This document shows, one piece after another, positions 38,101 through 50,000 of a stretch of DNA of 64,000 nt (the stretch's first letter is position 1; every line of letters begins with the position of its first letter). The translations under genes were made by a program, and so were the position numbers. This DNA comes from Stylophora pistillata. Taxonomy: Eukaryota. The stretch covers positions 300,248-364,247 of the forward strand of contig NW_019217990.1 of NCBI RefSeq assembly GCF_002571385.2, given 5' to 3'. The notes below the pieces were generated by a model. That model was not told the DNA's origin and ran no database searches. It saw only the letters and a list, made by a program, of their open reading frames with translations.

Positions 38101-40755
38101 GTCCATGCTGTAAGTTACTGACTAAGGTTTCTTGCTTGGATCCATGGCCCAAACATAAACAATACTGGGCCATAAAGCTAGGTGGAAAAAAAAGTGAGGT
38201 TCTGTAACTTACAGCAAGGACAAAGAAAACGAGATTTGTAAGAAGTCCATAACATTCATGGATTAAAGTAGGGGAGACGATTTTAATTCAAACAAACTTT
38301 TTTAATTTAGCAGGCTGCACAGTGATAGATGGTCTGCTAAATTAATCATTCACAGCATCGTATAACTGAGAGAGTGACGGTAATCTGGCTGGGGTAAAAA
38401 GACATCAAACAATCACAAAATTTCAGTGCTGCTTGCAAATTTCAAACCTCTGGTGAGACCCTACCTAAGTTCATCTGTATCTGGCACTTTGCTGTAAGTG
38501 TACTTGGCTATCACTCTTTTCTTGACAAGAACTGGTTCTGGAGGTGGAACAGGAAATTTCAGGTGTTCATCCTTTAGTAAACAAGACCATGCTGTGTAGT
38601 AACCAATGAGATCATTCAGAGAACAGAACTGTCGTCCCCCAATATAATAGTCTCCGCACACGCCTGTTACACGGAAGTGACTGATGCCATTTTGACCAAG
38701 ATAAGAGAGAGAATATGTCCCTGGCCGTCGATCACTTTCACGCACAAGATATGAGCCAACTTGTCCATTGTTCATGAGCCTCTTTTCAGCGTCTCCTCTG
38801 TCAAGCTTTCCATGAAACCATCTGAGACAAGGAGAGTGGAAATTTAAAGAAAAATTCATTACTGACAGTTCCTTTTTGTGTTGTTAAAAAATCCAATGAA
38901 GACTTGTCAACTCAATGGTGCTTGAGTATGGACCAAGGAGTTATAGCATTTTTGGTTTTAAAGATCTCTGACTACTTCCCCAAATTTCCAGTAACATCTA
39001 AAAATTCTTAAAAAAATAACAAAAGATTTTCAAGGTCTACATGATGATCTTTGAATCTGATGAAAGGATATATGGCATTTATATTTATTGCATTTATATT
39101 TCTTGAAATACTAGTTTTCCTTCCTTAAAATTAATTTTATTGACAAGTAACACCTGTCAAAGATGATAACTTGTTTACGTAACCCTTTAACTTCCATGAG
39201 TGACCAAGACAAAATTTCTCCTCTACAACATCAATATAACATCAAGGAGATAAGTGATGAGAATACAGAAAAATATCAATAAGGAGAGTGTTAGTTAAAA
39301 GAATACCAAATTCTCTAGACTCACATCAGAAAAAATTTATAGCAGACAGTAAGGAGAATTAACAGGAAGATCTTGGGAGTGAAAGAATTTAAGAAAAAGG
39401 GAGGGAAGACATATTGTGGTCTAGTGAAGGCAAATAACTATTTGCAACTATGGAACAACCCTATCACCTTAAAAATTACCTGAAGGCAAGGCTAGTAACT
39501 GAAATGATTTGAAAATGTTCTCCTCTGAATATACAAAAGGGTTGAGGACAAGAGATGATTGGGAGAATATCATGGTTTGGGTACTTAAAACTTAAAACAA
39601 CTGTCATCCTTGGTAACTTTCATGTGCAAACTGTATGAGGTCATGTAAGGTAAAACTGGTTACTGTTGATTGGTTTTTGAAAAACCTAATTAAGATTATG
39701 ACAACAAAGTCTAGTGGAGCTCTGTGAATCCAAATCCAAAACGACTTCTTTAATATACTTTGGCCATAAAAATGACCAGGATTGTGATCTTGCACCAGTG
39801 ATTTATATAAAGTGTACATAAGTATAAATTTTTACACACAAGTATAACATGTTTTTTCTCCTCTCTCTCCTTGGTACCTTTAGGGGCTGTTGATAACCAA
39901 TCATTATCAAGCGTTTTGTCACAGTTTTGATTAACCTCGTAATCAGCTTTTGTTATACTTGAAATGTGGGTGAATATAAATAACACTTAATTTTCTTCTT
40001 TTAGTAATTTACGTACGCACAGGATGGGAACACACTTTTTCGATGAGCAGTTTCTAAAGTTTAAGATTCGAACATGGAGGGGACGAAACCACGGCAAACT
40101 AAGCCCCGTAATAATAGTGATATCTTGTTTGAGCAGAGCACACTGCTAGCGAAAACGAATTATTTCTCAACTGACATTTAATCAATCGCTCGCTTTCATG
40201 TGAAGCATCCCTAAATTGATTATGGATTATCAATTATTATGTAATTCAGAAAATGGAAGTAATTTTCCATGATTTTTCTCTTGTGAATACTAACTGGCCA
40301 AGCGCGTTCTTTAGTTAAGATTCATCAAGTAACAGCAGGAAATGAAGCATCGGCTCTGATTTCTATTTTCATTAATTACCGCAGAGTTTGGGGAAGTTCA
40401 CTCCTTCAGCCGATAAATAATAAATGTCATTTTGAAAAAATGCAGAATAGTCATGTAAGATCCTTCCTCGATTATGTGGTTAAGGTTTTGTCTGAAAGTC
40501 ACGGAATTTTTTCAAAAGTACCTCAGAATACAGAATTAGAAACATAAACACTGACAGCTTAACGACATAACTTGTGAATCATGAACTGTACGAGAGAACT
40601 TACTGATCGTCTGATGGAGCGTGAATACCAAGGTCTATTTCTTCTTCTTCTTCTGGACACGGGTCTGGGTCGTCTTCAAAATGGTCATCTGGCTCGTTTT
40701 CATTGATCAAATTCACTTCAGAGCCAGAAGAACAAAAGCGATCCCTGAACGCCAT
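13779..40755 (-). CDS. RASA1: Ras GTPase-activating protein 1 (p120 RasGAP): SH2-SH3-SH2-PH-C2-RasGAP
   Basis: In-frame GT-AG exons at about 40755-40604, 38821-38465 (SH2: WFHGKL, YLVRES), 36485-36368 (SH3), 36011-35980, 35697-35645, 34679-34610 (FLIRPS), 34161-34083, 32810-32735, 31307-31161, 30694-30615 (PH), 30077-30001, 29139-29055, 28522-28290 (C2), 27923-27846, 27644-27520, 26789-26745, 26271-26115, 25546-25404 (TLFRGTSL), 25278-25162, 24493-24407, 16223-16156 (GFLFLRLICPAI), 16038-15949 (AKCLQNLAN), 15872-15774, 14797-14676 and a last exon ending in TGA at 13779. The domain order is diagnostic. Confidence 0.95.
15379..15565. mobile_element. Degenerate TAGCCTG-type MITE with an internal perfect 15-bp hairpin stem
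   Basis: Termini AGCCTGTTCCAAACCTCCAGTTAGT / ACTAACTGAACGACTGGAAGAGGCG; internal GGGAGGTTTGGGTCG ... CGACCCAAACCTCCC. Confidence 0.5.
16620..17543 (+). pseudogene. LITAF/CDIP1-family zinc-ribbon gene nested antisense in a RASA1 intron; probably a pseudogene
   Basis: C-terminal LITAF domain (CPHC, hydrophobic ILLGCICGCCLFP, DVAHRCTICKSELGVYKR) at 17331-17543. The P/Q/Y-rich N-terminus (SYPAQ, GFPSQQGYPLQQG) needs a 1-nt frameshift near 17191-17196 and has an in-frame TAA at 17316-17318. The first exon (ATG 16620, MASPPQEA) is tentative. Confidence 0.8.
18440..18790 (+). mobile_element. Degraded 3' end of a CR1/L2-type LINE ORF2
   Basis: Residual peptide SDFHRYNTGRKNDFRLPRVKTNDGKQRLIY, typical of LINE RT C-termini (HxYNTR motif); many stops. 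Confidence 0.5.
19060..20080 (-). mobile_element. 5'-truncated RLE-type non-LTR retrotransposon (R4/Dong-like) inserted at a (TAA)n microsatellite
   Basis: Uninterrupted 289-aa ORF (19211-20080) with CCHC knuckle CRLCGKAPESVAHILSGC, RHD motif and restriction-like endonuclease motifs (WDVPI, NRVD, LEMSCP, EKTLKY). About 150-nt 3' UTR ending CTGCGAC then AATAAT. The 5' junction abuts an (ATT)n tract at 20079-20129. Confidence 0.9.
21081..21860 (+). CDS. Harbinger accessory protein: Myb/SANT-like (trihelix-type) N-terminus, coiled coil, polyQ tail
   Basis: WSEEHDLMLCREV...W.EIALSLN...KRSVRDRL.LL pattern; intact 259-aa ORF inside the TIRs. A short upstream exon may exist. Confidence 0.8.
   Translation: MKWSEEHDLMLCREVLLLEPFKHPRQSKERGKIWGEIALSLNGISSPNFKVSKRSVRDRLTLLLAKYKEKMTKEEQGSGIACDDETEIEIALSEIIEKEQAADLERKENSNTLTKKNENDKASAEESRLKAMERLGQTRKRNADTSCDDVSQRKSRSSITEAVQILKEKIENEREIRKEEIELKKKEQENKAAQHQMLIDQQRQNQQQYQDVLRIMAEQQHRQEQQQQNFQMLFLQQQQQQQQSQMLMDLLEKVVPKSS
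22797..23923 (-). pseudogene. HARBI1-like DDE transposase, inactivated
   Basis: Two exons (23923-23263, 23164-22797; 98-nt GT-AG intron). Motifs NCFGFVYGT (catalytic D replaced by Y at 23399-23401), YNGHKRVHALKFQ, EGR*HD (in-frame TAA at 23154-23156), YGDVAY, RISVEWLFG. Ends abruptly after CLYGNTTS. Confidence 0.88.
24820..24891 (-). repeat. tRNA-like (Thr-AGT-like) unit within a dispersed repeat/SINE
   Basis: GGCTTGTTAGCTCAATTGGTAGAGCGCTGCACTAGTATCGCAGAGGTCAGTGGTTCGATTCCCGTAGAGGCC has an A box, a B box and anticodon loop CTAGTAT, followed by an oligo-T run. Acceptor and anticodon stems contain mismatches. Confidence 0.7.
27101..27490 (+). repeat. Two diverged direct repeats of about 110 bp (27101-27210, 27379-27490) in a G-rich repeat
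   Basis: ATTATGAAGTGGG(G)ACTATAGACAATTGA...TAGATTTTACTG.GACAC occurs twice. Confidence 0.75.
29215..29670 (+). repeat. Degenerate tandem duplication, period about 210-255 bp
   Basis: TGGTGAGAATA.CTTCCAAGGAAA at about 29218 and 29433; TTTGCGATACA.AAATTGAGA at about 29368 and 29623. Confidence 0.7.
36653..38039. mobile_element. Non-autonomous DNA transposon with about 100-bp TIRs, 5'-TAG terminus and perfect 9-bp TSD (Academ/AcademH-like)
   Basis: TSD GATTTGATC at 36644-36652 and 38040-38048. TIRs TAGCCTGCAAAGCAAGCCCTGGGGGA... / ...CCCCCAGGGTTTGCTTCGCAGGCAA. Degraded minus-strand ORF remnant (KRGRKPK, CRFC...CARK) at about 37587-36800. Confidence 0.8.
37640..37874. mobile_element. Penelope-like terminal-repeat fragment with inverted 5' part, 15-bp TSD and degenerate minimal hammerhead ribozyme
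   Basis: TSD TTAATTTTAAGAGGC at 37625-37639 and 37875-37889. Internal inverted repeat 37640-37678 / 37777-37815. Minus strand CCGACGAAGGGCTAATGCTCGAAATGTCAG at 37699-37728. Related pieces at about 18825-18915, 31440-31535, 50805-50945 and 58745-58800. Confidence 0.7.
39180..39392. mobile_element. piggyBac-like MITE (TAACCCTTT...GAAAG.ATTTAA) of an abundant family
   Basis: Termini AACCCTTTAACTTCCA / TGGGAGTGAAAGAATTTAA. Diverged relatives at about 13030-13200, 34390-34510, 54250-54545 and 58020-58293. Confidence 0.5.
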
Positions 40756-41439
40756 ATTTTCCTCTCTCTTTCTCTTCAGCAGTGCGCGCGGGCTCAAAAA
40801 TAATTTCGCAATAAATCACGCTGGGGGGAGGGAGGGGCGGGGGCACAACACAGTCAAAACTAACCTTTGCCTCAAGCTCCTTTTACAGTTGAGACTTGAA
40901 GAATTCGCTCGATGGCATCCTTAGTTATTGGAGCAAGTGACAGTGAAATTTCTGCACTACGCAAAAAATTGATGGTGGGGGCTCGGGGAAGAAGTCTAGC
41001 TGGCCGTTTTACCCCTGGGAATCTTCAAGATCGATTTTTATGCCCAAGTATATTCACAGGTCACCCAAGCTCTTTCACAGGCTCTTTCACAGTGGATACG
41101 GTATCTTGTGCACGGTGACTCGGTGGCGATTAGGGCGTCAACCTAAAACACATCAAAACGGCCTCAAATCCTTTATTTTTCTAATGGCGTTAAACTTAAT
41201 TTAACATAATCAACCACTACCCACAAATAACATAGCTAGTCTCGGCGGGCAGTGTGTGGACGCTAAAACATCTTACATAGATTTCGGTTCAACAAAAGAT
41301 TAAATAAATATACAAGAAACAGAAATTAAATATTAAATCATTAATTTAAAAGCAGAAATGACAGTATGAGATAAAATTACAGAAATAGAAACACATGAGA
41401 ATAAATAGAAGAATACATAAGTTATACACTATTATTAAC

Positions 41440-41680
41440 TGGATTAACTTTTGACACATAATTGATTATTCGTTCTACGTCAACATAACTGTCTTGAACT
41501 TGAAGATTTTGAAATAAAATTGTTGTTAGCTTTTTCTTGAAAATATCTTTTGGAAGATTCCTAAGTTTCCTTGGATGCTATTCCAAATTTTACAACCAAT
41601 CCTTGAGAATGAGTTTTTATGTTGATTTAGCCAAGAATAGTTTATGTAATAGTTACCGCAAGGAGAACATGTATGTAATA
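41440..41680 (-). mobile_element. Degraded 3' end of a CR1/L2-type LINE
   Basis: Residual peptide NSFSRIGCKIWNSI...LRNLPKDIFKKKLTTILFQNLQVQDSYVDV, with a frameshift. Confidence 0.55.
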
Positions 41681-43657
41681 GTTATCGCGAAGAGAACAAT
41701 ACAGACTACTCTCTATAAAGGTAAGACTTTATTTCTTTGACTATTTCACACAACTTTGCATTTACGGAGCTCAAAGGCGAGTCCAACTAAACCACTATAC
41801 AAACTCTTTAATAATCCACTTTGAAAGAGCCTTTGGCAGAGCTTGGGCGACATGTGATTAATCCACTCGCGAAAGCCCCACCCACTGGCAGAAAAAGAAT
41901 GCACCTGGCTGTATAAAAGATTTCGTTCCCGCTTTCAACAATATGATTACATTTCAGAAATACCCTCCGAACTACCACTGTGTTCATACACTTCTGTGTT
42001 GCGTAAATCACACATCATTAGACGGCTAAAGAGTGCCGTCAGACGTTTACCAGTTTTTCGCGACAGGCAAGCAGATTTGTCCACTCATATTGGAAATTTT
42101 GTAATTCTTGAACAGAATTTTTCAAGATAAATTGTACTGTTCAGGTGGAAGAAACGATATATAACACGGGAAACTCTTTTACAGTTGATTCCTCAGAAAA
42201 AAAGTTATCGAACAATTTATTTTAAACTTTCTTTAAATGTTACCTACCAATGTCTGTTCGGGACAAAATACAATAAAAAAGATAGGTCACCCTGCTTGGT
42301 TAAGAAGTATAATAAGCCAATCTTACCCCATTTATGCCTGTACTGGCACTATTCACGCGCGTCATTTCATCGGTTCACGGTACATTTTGCAGTAGCTGCA
42401 AGCAAAGGTTTTCAAAGTAAAATTTGAAAAAAACTTGATAGGTAGAAGTCTCGAGCTTATGGAACAACTTGATGTATAAATTGTGGAAAAATTACGCAAT
42501 TTCAAATAACATCAACTCAAAACGTTCCTTGAATCGCTGCTTTCAAGGTCATACTTTGCATCATCAAGAACGAAGGTATTATTTAGTCACGTGACTAAAA
42601 AGATGTTGGCACAAAAGGCAAACGCACATGATAACATTCCTTCGCATTTCTTTGCCCGCGCTTTTTCTGTATGTCGTCGTTCATCCGCTTTCGTTTGGTA
42701 ATACATGATCCAGCTAAGTATTCTTTATCTCTTTTCAGCTAAAATCGAATCGATACCACACATCTTAGGCTATCGTCTACGCTTTTACCTCGAATATAAG
42801 ACCTTCTTTGTTTGTTTATGGAAAAGCACGTTATCGTTCGATTCTTGGAAATGTGAAGGAATGCGATCACGTGCACTTACGTTTGAGGCGTCAGGGATAG
42901 ATCATGTGGGCTTAATTCAAATATGTTTCTCTCCAGGAGCAACTGTTTCGCGCGTTTCCGAAAAGACAGTCTACCTGTTTAGGTGGTATTCGCCTGATTA
43001 CGCTATTTTTCATGCGCAGTATAGGATGCACAATGAAATACTGAAAAATCACCTTGAGAAAGTCCTTTCTATTTATGAATTGACTACTATGCTGGTCAGT
43101 TTCGACAAATTTTTCTTCATTTCGGATATGTTTTGTTTTTTTGTTTTTTTTTATCTAACTTGGTAAAATGGATAACTGCACCTTTCAAACATGCCATCCT
43201 AAAAGATAATGAACTCAGAACAGTTGGATTCGCTCGCGAATCCTATTATACTAATTGCACTCTTGTTTGATTGCAGGTATTGAAGGGAAAATAATTTACG
43301 TAAGGTTAGTTCTAAAACGTCAATGTTTCATTCAAGCAAAAAATCACTAATTTACTATTTGGTAGTAAAATTGCCTTCAATGGTAGTATCAGCTGCGGCT
43401 TATGACCGATAAATTTTGAATCTTTCACAAAATATATGCGACTGGGTGTGACTAGAATTACTTTGTTAATGTCGAGTCCTCAAAGCCGCTTGACGGTCCG
43501 AGACAAAAAATTGTGCGTGGAAAGAGTTCTCCAGCGTTGAATCCCTCAGTAAATAAAGAATTATAAGATCAAAGTAAAATACTATTTACAACAAACTTGC
43601 ATGTACAAAATTCCCCAAATTCTGGCCGGAAGGGAAAAAGAAAAAGAATTTAGATTT

Positions 43658-46600
43658 TCAAGTGTGCAGCTTAAGTCGTTTTCTTAATGGGCGAGCAATC
43701 GGTTCCTCCTGATCATCAGTGTAGGACACCGTCATACCAGCTTCTCTGTTATTGGACACATCAATAAGCTCTCTACGATTGCGCTTTGAATAATTTTGAG
43801 ACAGATTGGAGCAACTTCGAGCTCGAGGTGAAAGTGCAAGTGAATGGTTACTGCCAAGAAGTATGGGAGATTCTTGCAAAACTTTGATACTGCTCGCCGA
43901 TATAGGGGTCTTGTTCAAATGTCGACGTATCAGACGAGAGGCTAACATTCCGGGACTCTGAAAAACTTCGTCATCTTCTTCGTAGCTGGTGTCGCTGTTT
44001 CGAGAAGAATCAACGTTTTTGCTCCTAGTTTTTTTTACACTCTCTTTTCTGGTGCGTTTTCCCCCAAAGACAACAGACTTGTGAATTCGTCGCTTCTTAG
44101 TCGCAGGTGACTTTTGAGTCTCGTTTGAATTTGCTACACTACAATCAAGTTCTTCCTCCATTTCACTAAGCCAGTCATCTGCCTCCTCGGACAACCTAGT
44201 TTTGTCCTCAACTACCGAACAAGGTTCATTGACCAAGCTGAACTTCACCTTGTTCCCATTCTTAAAATGGGTCCTTGGTGCACACGACGATGCATCACGT
44301 GCGTATATTTCACAGGCTTCCCTCGCACATTTGTCAGCTGGAGAGGCTGAGAAACACCTTTTTCGCTTTTGCTGTCGAAGTATCTGGTTAAGGGGACTCA
44401 AGCGTTTGGTTTCAGCCGGTGAATTAGACACACCGTGTGATTTCTTTTTTCTTCTTTTGGGAGGTGGAGTCGAGCTCTGCAGAGCTGGATTCCATGGTAA
44501 TTGCGCTCCTCCAACAGATGCGCTTGGCATGCGAAGAAATATTTCGTCTTCTTGGAAATTGGTGTGTCGTGTGATCCTTTCTGCTCCCTCTGTGGGAGTT
44601 AAGTCATTGAGGCGTTTATCACTTTCATTTGTTAGCGTCTTATTATATCTAAACAACTCTGCTCCTTGGCTTTCAATATCAGTGGATTTGTTATCGAGTA
44701 TCGGAGATTTTGCTCTCAATCTGTGCTCAATCGTAGCAACACGAGCAGACTTTGGGGTGGTTTGTGACGATGACTGAAGTGACTTAATGTCGGTATCAAA
44801 AGCCACTTTCGCGTTTTCTGAATCCGAACCAATCACAGTTACCATTTTTTCTCCTGATCGCAAGTGGACTGGAGATTTTGAGAGGGTCCTCATTGGAGTG
44901 AGAAGCACCACACAGTCGTCCGGATGGGAAACTCTGACCGGGGTGGTGGGATCCGTCAAATCAGTTCGAGTCGACTTTAGTGAGACCGTAACAGTGGGTT
45001 TAAAGTCTTCATGGTTACATAAAAATTGCTTTGGCGTTTGTTGAGAATTGTCACTGCTGTCGCATCTGCACAGCAATCTCGGGGAGCTTCGGAGAGCGGG
45101 TTTGATGCGGTTCCTCGCGGGCGTTCTTACATTTTCGTCAACATCCTGAACAGAGCTCTCCAGTTTTGTCGATTCTTCACCATCTCGATGCGAAAGGCGA
45201 GATGAACACGAAGAGAAGTTTTCGAGAACCTCTGGAGGAACATGCAAGGGAGACTTCAAGGATTTTCGAATTGGCGTAAGAAGAACAACACATTTGTCCA
45301 CATGGTAATCTTTCAATGGAGTTCGCTTTTCAGGCTGTGCCAAGGTCGATTTTGAAGAAGTCACTTCGTTGTCTGAAAAATTATCTATTTTTTCTTTCAT
45401 GGGCGTTTTCATGGAGCCTTTTAGCGAGACCGTACAATTTGTATTATCACATGACCTGGGTCTTGCGCCAAGCGGCGTTGACTTCCTTTCCTCAGGAGAC
45501 AGAACTACAACTCTTGAATCAAAGCGCTGTTTGATAAGTCTTGGAGAGGACCCATGCAATGTTGGAGTTGTACCTCGGACATCTGTATCGTCATCTGATT
45601 TCTTTTTCCTCGGGGTTTTCATTAACCCGCTCTGTGAATCCGCGTCTAAGAAAGTATGCTTTTGTGGTGGTTGCGTATTCGTAGATGAGCTGGGCTTTTC
45701 AGTGAGGGGAATAACTTTTCGTTTCTCGCGTGCTTCTGGGGAGAGAACTGACGAAAATCCAATACAAGAAAATGAGCGCTTTTTAAGGAGTCTTGGTGAA
45801 GACCTAATGGCTGTAGACGTTAATTTATGTTTGGGCTTTGTTGCGTTTTGGTGACTTTGGGAACTTTCTTTCTTTTGATCATGTTCTTTAGATGTCGTCA
45901 GTAAACTGTGTAACGAAAATTTTTTTTTCTGCCGAGGAGAAAATCGCAAAGGCGAAAGAGCTAAAGAGGACAATTTCTGAGGTGTCTTTTTCACAACGGC
46001 TCCTTGAGTAGAAATGAAAGCTGGTCCCTCTGTGGGTGCTTCCTTTGACGAGTCACGAGAGTACACACCGCTGAAAGACCTTGTCCTCGTCAAAGGGCCT
46101 GTACTAGAAGAGGGCCCATAAAACGACTGGCTCCGCTGGAACGTTGCCAATGGAGGCCTTCGAGGACTTCGCCGCGGGAGACCCTCTCCTACAAAGAGTT
46201 TTATTTCAGTTAAAATTCCGTAACTACACAACGATGCGGTGTTTATTAAATTCTAGAGAGTTTCCAATGCAGGCTTTACTCAAAATCGTATTTCCTAAAT
46301 CAAAGAGAAAATATCGGTAAATCATTTGTAAATATTACGTTACACCGAAGCTTGAATAAAGTCGCAATGTCTCGTTTTTGCGACTGAAACATCCAAAGAC
46401 AGTGCAGATAACCGTACGTTATATTCTATTCTGGTAAATACCACAGAGGTAAAGGGTGATTTTCGCACGCGCCGATTGGCTGGTTAGAAAGCGAATAACA
46501 AGTACTATTCTCCTCCGAGCAGCCAAAAAGACAAAAGCGCACGTCAAGAGTTTGACCATTTTTCGGTATATTGAAAGAGATAAACTATTTTTTTTTTTTT

Positions 46601-47029
46601 TTGCATCTGTGCAGTATTTATTAAAACAATTATCCACCTCAGTGTCGCTGAAAGCGGTGGATATTTACCTCGCCGCTTCGCGGCCCGGTAAATATCCAGC
46701 ACTTTTCACCTCCACTGCGGTGAATACTTGTTAAGTAGCATTTTCAAGACATGCACCTGCTTGCAATTCTTTAAGGGGTGACTCTTGTAAAATATGCACC
46801 TCCGTATGAGCTCTGGAACGTTTTCTGGAATCAGAGAACATAAAACTTTTAGCAAAAAATCAAATTTTCATAGCAAACTGAACACTGTTGATGTTGACCT
46901 CTCCAATAAATAGACATAGATTAAGAGTTTTTTAAATCAAGACCCAAAAGCTGTTTGATCCTGGTTCTACAAATTATACAAAACTATACTCATAATAAAC
47001 CCAACAACAATATGGGTTTCGTTTTCTTT

Positions 47030-47067
<38 letters not shown>

Positions 47068-50000
47068 CGCCATTTGGCCCGACTTTAGACATTCTATCCA
47101 TGTTTCCGTGCCAAAAGGACACAAGCTGGTAGAGCGGTTTAAGCCATTGTATTTCTACTCGGCCGCCCTGGTTCAAATCTAGCAGTGTCCTATATTGCTG
47201 AGTTGTTCTGGGTAGTTCCGAGTTAAGCTCTTCAGTCATGCTTCGGGGTTCTTACTTGTTACGTGGGCCACAATTTCAACGAATAGGTCAGCAATTTGTT
47301 GAGCAAAGAGAGAAGGGATAAAAGGACATTTTGCTTATAATCAAAGTTGTGCCAGAGTCGCATTACACGGCAAGAAACACCAGAGCTTAAGAGTTTGCCA
47401 AACCATCTTGTTTTCAAAAAGCCGCTACCCGAGATACCCTGAACCATTCGGAATGGTACAAGGGAACTACGGCGTTTTACAGGGTTGGTAATGGTTGTTT
47501 TTGTTTTATAATGAACTGAAGCAACTGACCTGGCACGATCCTGTTTGCACCATAATGCATGAGAGACCTGTTTATGAGCAGGAGTCTCCTGAACCGTGGA
47601 GTTTGAACAAGAACCTGCCAATTCAATAAAAATACAACGCCGTTAATCTCTAAAAAACTTAGCTCTGATCTGAAATCAAATTTGTCTGCGGTATTTTGGG
47701 CTGACCTTGGTATCACGTCCAGGGTTTGGCCGCAAGGCTCGCACGTTTTTTAGGGGAGAAAAAGGAACACTCACGTTGTGTGCTGTTGGGGTGAGTTGCA
47801 AAAGTTTTGTAATTTTTTCCGAAATAAAATTTCTTTTTCTCCGCCGGCATAAACAACATGTACTGATCGAAACTTTGTAAGGTCAATTGGGTGCTGGCAG
47901 AAATTTGCCGCTTGATCGTTTTGATTTCTCGGCTGGCGTTTTTGAATCATCACGGGAAGGTCTATGATGGCAAGATTACATACCCACAGTATTCCTCCGC
48001 TGAAATCGACGCTTTGCGTGTTTCTTTTTCTCTCCTTCAGAAATTTTCTTTTTTCTTAGCACTTTGGCGATCGAGTTATTCTCATCACCTTCTTCTGATT
48101 CAGTAAAAAGATTTCGTCTGACTTGTTTTACTGGTGTCTCGTGACCCTCACTTTTCTTCTTTCCCTTCTTACTTCCAACTACAAAAATAACAATAGAACC
48201 AGTTCTAACTTCTGACGGTATCTAATAAGTAAGATCTTAATAAAAGATCAAAAAGAAAACAGAAGAAAAAGATAGAGAAGTGAAAGAGGAAGATAAAAGG
48301 AAGATATCCTACAAAATCTAAGAAATCTGTAATGATAAAAACCAAGCTTTCCGAACCACAAATACACAAACCATACAGAAACATTAAGTAAATTCATGTC
48401 GCGAAAGTTTCATATCAAACTAGTCAGTATAAATCTTAAATTTTTTCTTTTGTTGAAAACTTGAGCCTTTTCGATGCAAGTTCTGTAATAAATACCATTG
48501 TATCTGAATAATTATGTTAGGCTTCCTTCAATTTCATTTTCAGTCTTAATTGCCACGTTGGCCTTCCTCCGTTTATCTGCACTGCGAGTAAGTGAAGCGA
48601 AAGAAAAAGTAAAGTATAAGACGCTTTTCGATCGAGTGGCGTCAAACACATCCTTAAATTGTCGCAATAAGCCGATGATAACTCAGTGCAAAAAACATCG
48701 AGCGCAAGCGAAGGTAAAAAGAAAAAAAAGCCATCCTAAACCATGCCGGAGTACTATTGATACTCAAACGAAAATATTGCTCTACAGGAGTACAGCTGCA
48801 CGATTCTGCAGCATGATTCTGAGTTGAGAAAGTGCTTCCCTAAGAGGTCTACCTTTGTATTTTAAATACAATTTTAAACTTTTTATTGGAAGAAATGTAA
48901 ATCAACCTAATACAAATATGAATATGCTATAAAGGTTCGAAAATAACTTGATTATCTCGCTCTCACAGGAAACTAAAGTTTCCCTGGGAAAGATGAATAC
49001 TGTGATAGAATTTTCACCTCTTAAACCAAGAGATACTTGTGGTTTTCCCTTCAATGCCTTTTCTTTCTCTTTATCCTTTGGTTTTGCCTTTCCCGGTACA
49101 ACAATCTCTCTCCTTTTACCAACAGCATCTGAAACGCTCAAATGACGGGTGATAATACGGCATCCACTACTCCTAGGAAAAAAAAAAAAAGAAAACTGGT
49201 TGTTAACCGAACGAATATATCCCATTATACCGGCATGCGTCTGTCAAGAACAAGAAATGGCCTACAGCCCGCAAGTGGGGGTTTCACAGATTTTCGTACC
49301 ACATTTTGGTGTCTTTCGTGATTCATGACTGAAAAGAAACACGGGAAATAACATACATCTGCTTGATTTAATGAACAGAAAGGTACAGCTGTACTTTGAA
49401 GGTACACGGTTTCTTTTTCTTGCTTGTGAACTGGTCCTGGTCAGTTTTTTTTTATTATTTTTCGAAGACTTAACCTTCTCAATCGCCAGGCGGAAGTCTC
49501 AGTGTACTTTCATTTATTATAGTACTCTAAGTTTCCAACACAACCTTCCCCCCCTCCTTCTTATGACAAAACTAATTAGTTTTTATGTTCAAATCAGAAA
49601 TGCGAGATACCTGTAGACGTAAATCAAAACGTAAAGCAAAATATTAGTAGTTCCTTACAAAACGACTTTAGGTCGAGCGTTGAATACACCTAACTGACCT
49701 TATTTCTATTCAGGATGAGTTGAGCGAGAAAGGGAGATTTGGTTTCTGGTCGAGAAACTCACTTCAAATTTTCCGAGAATTACTAAATCAATTATTTATT
49801 TTCGATTCTTTTAAATCAACTTAAAATCCGAAGTCTAAAACAAAATACAATTTACACGCCTAGAAAAGTAAGTTACCTGGGTTGATTGGAGTCTTGTTTA
49901 GCGCTGGAAACAGAGTTGATCTGGCGTCTGATTGGCGATTCATCATCACTGGACCATTTGGAAGGCGTAGACACTTCCTTGGGGGGGCGCATCATCAAAC

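Noticed and set aside
42705-43166. 153-aa ORF as a novel gene
   Set aside because: No recognisable domain, composition typical of AT-rich non-coding DNA, no supporting exon structure.
44202-45854. Plus-strand ORFs of 191, 85, 72 and 161 aa as overlapping genes
   Set aside because: Antisense shadows of the long TICRR last exon; no independent motifs.
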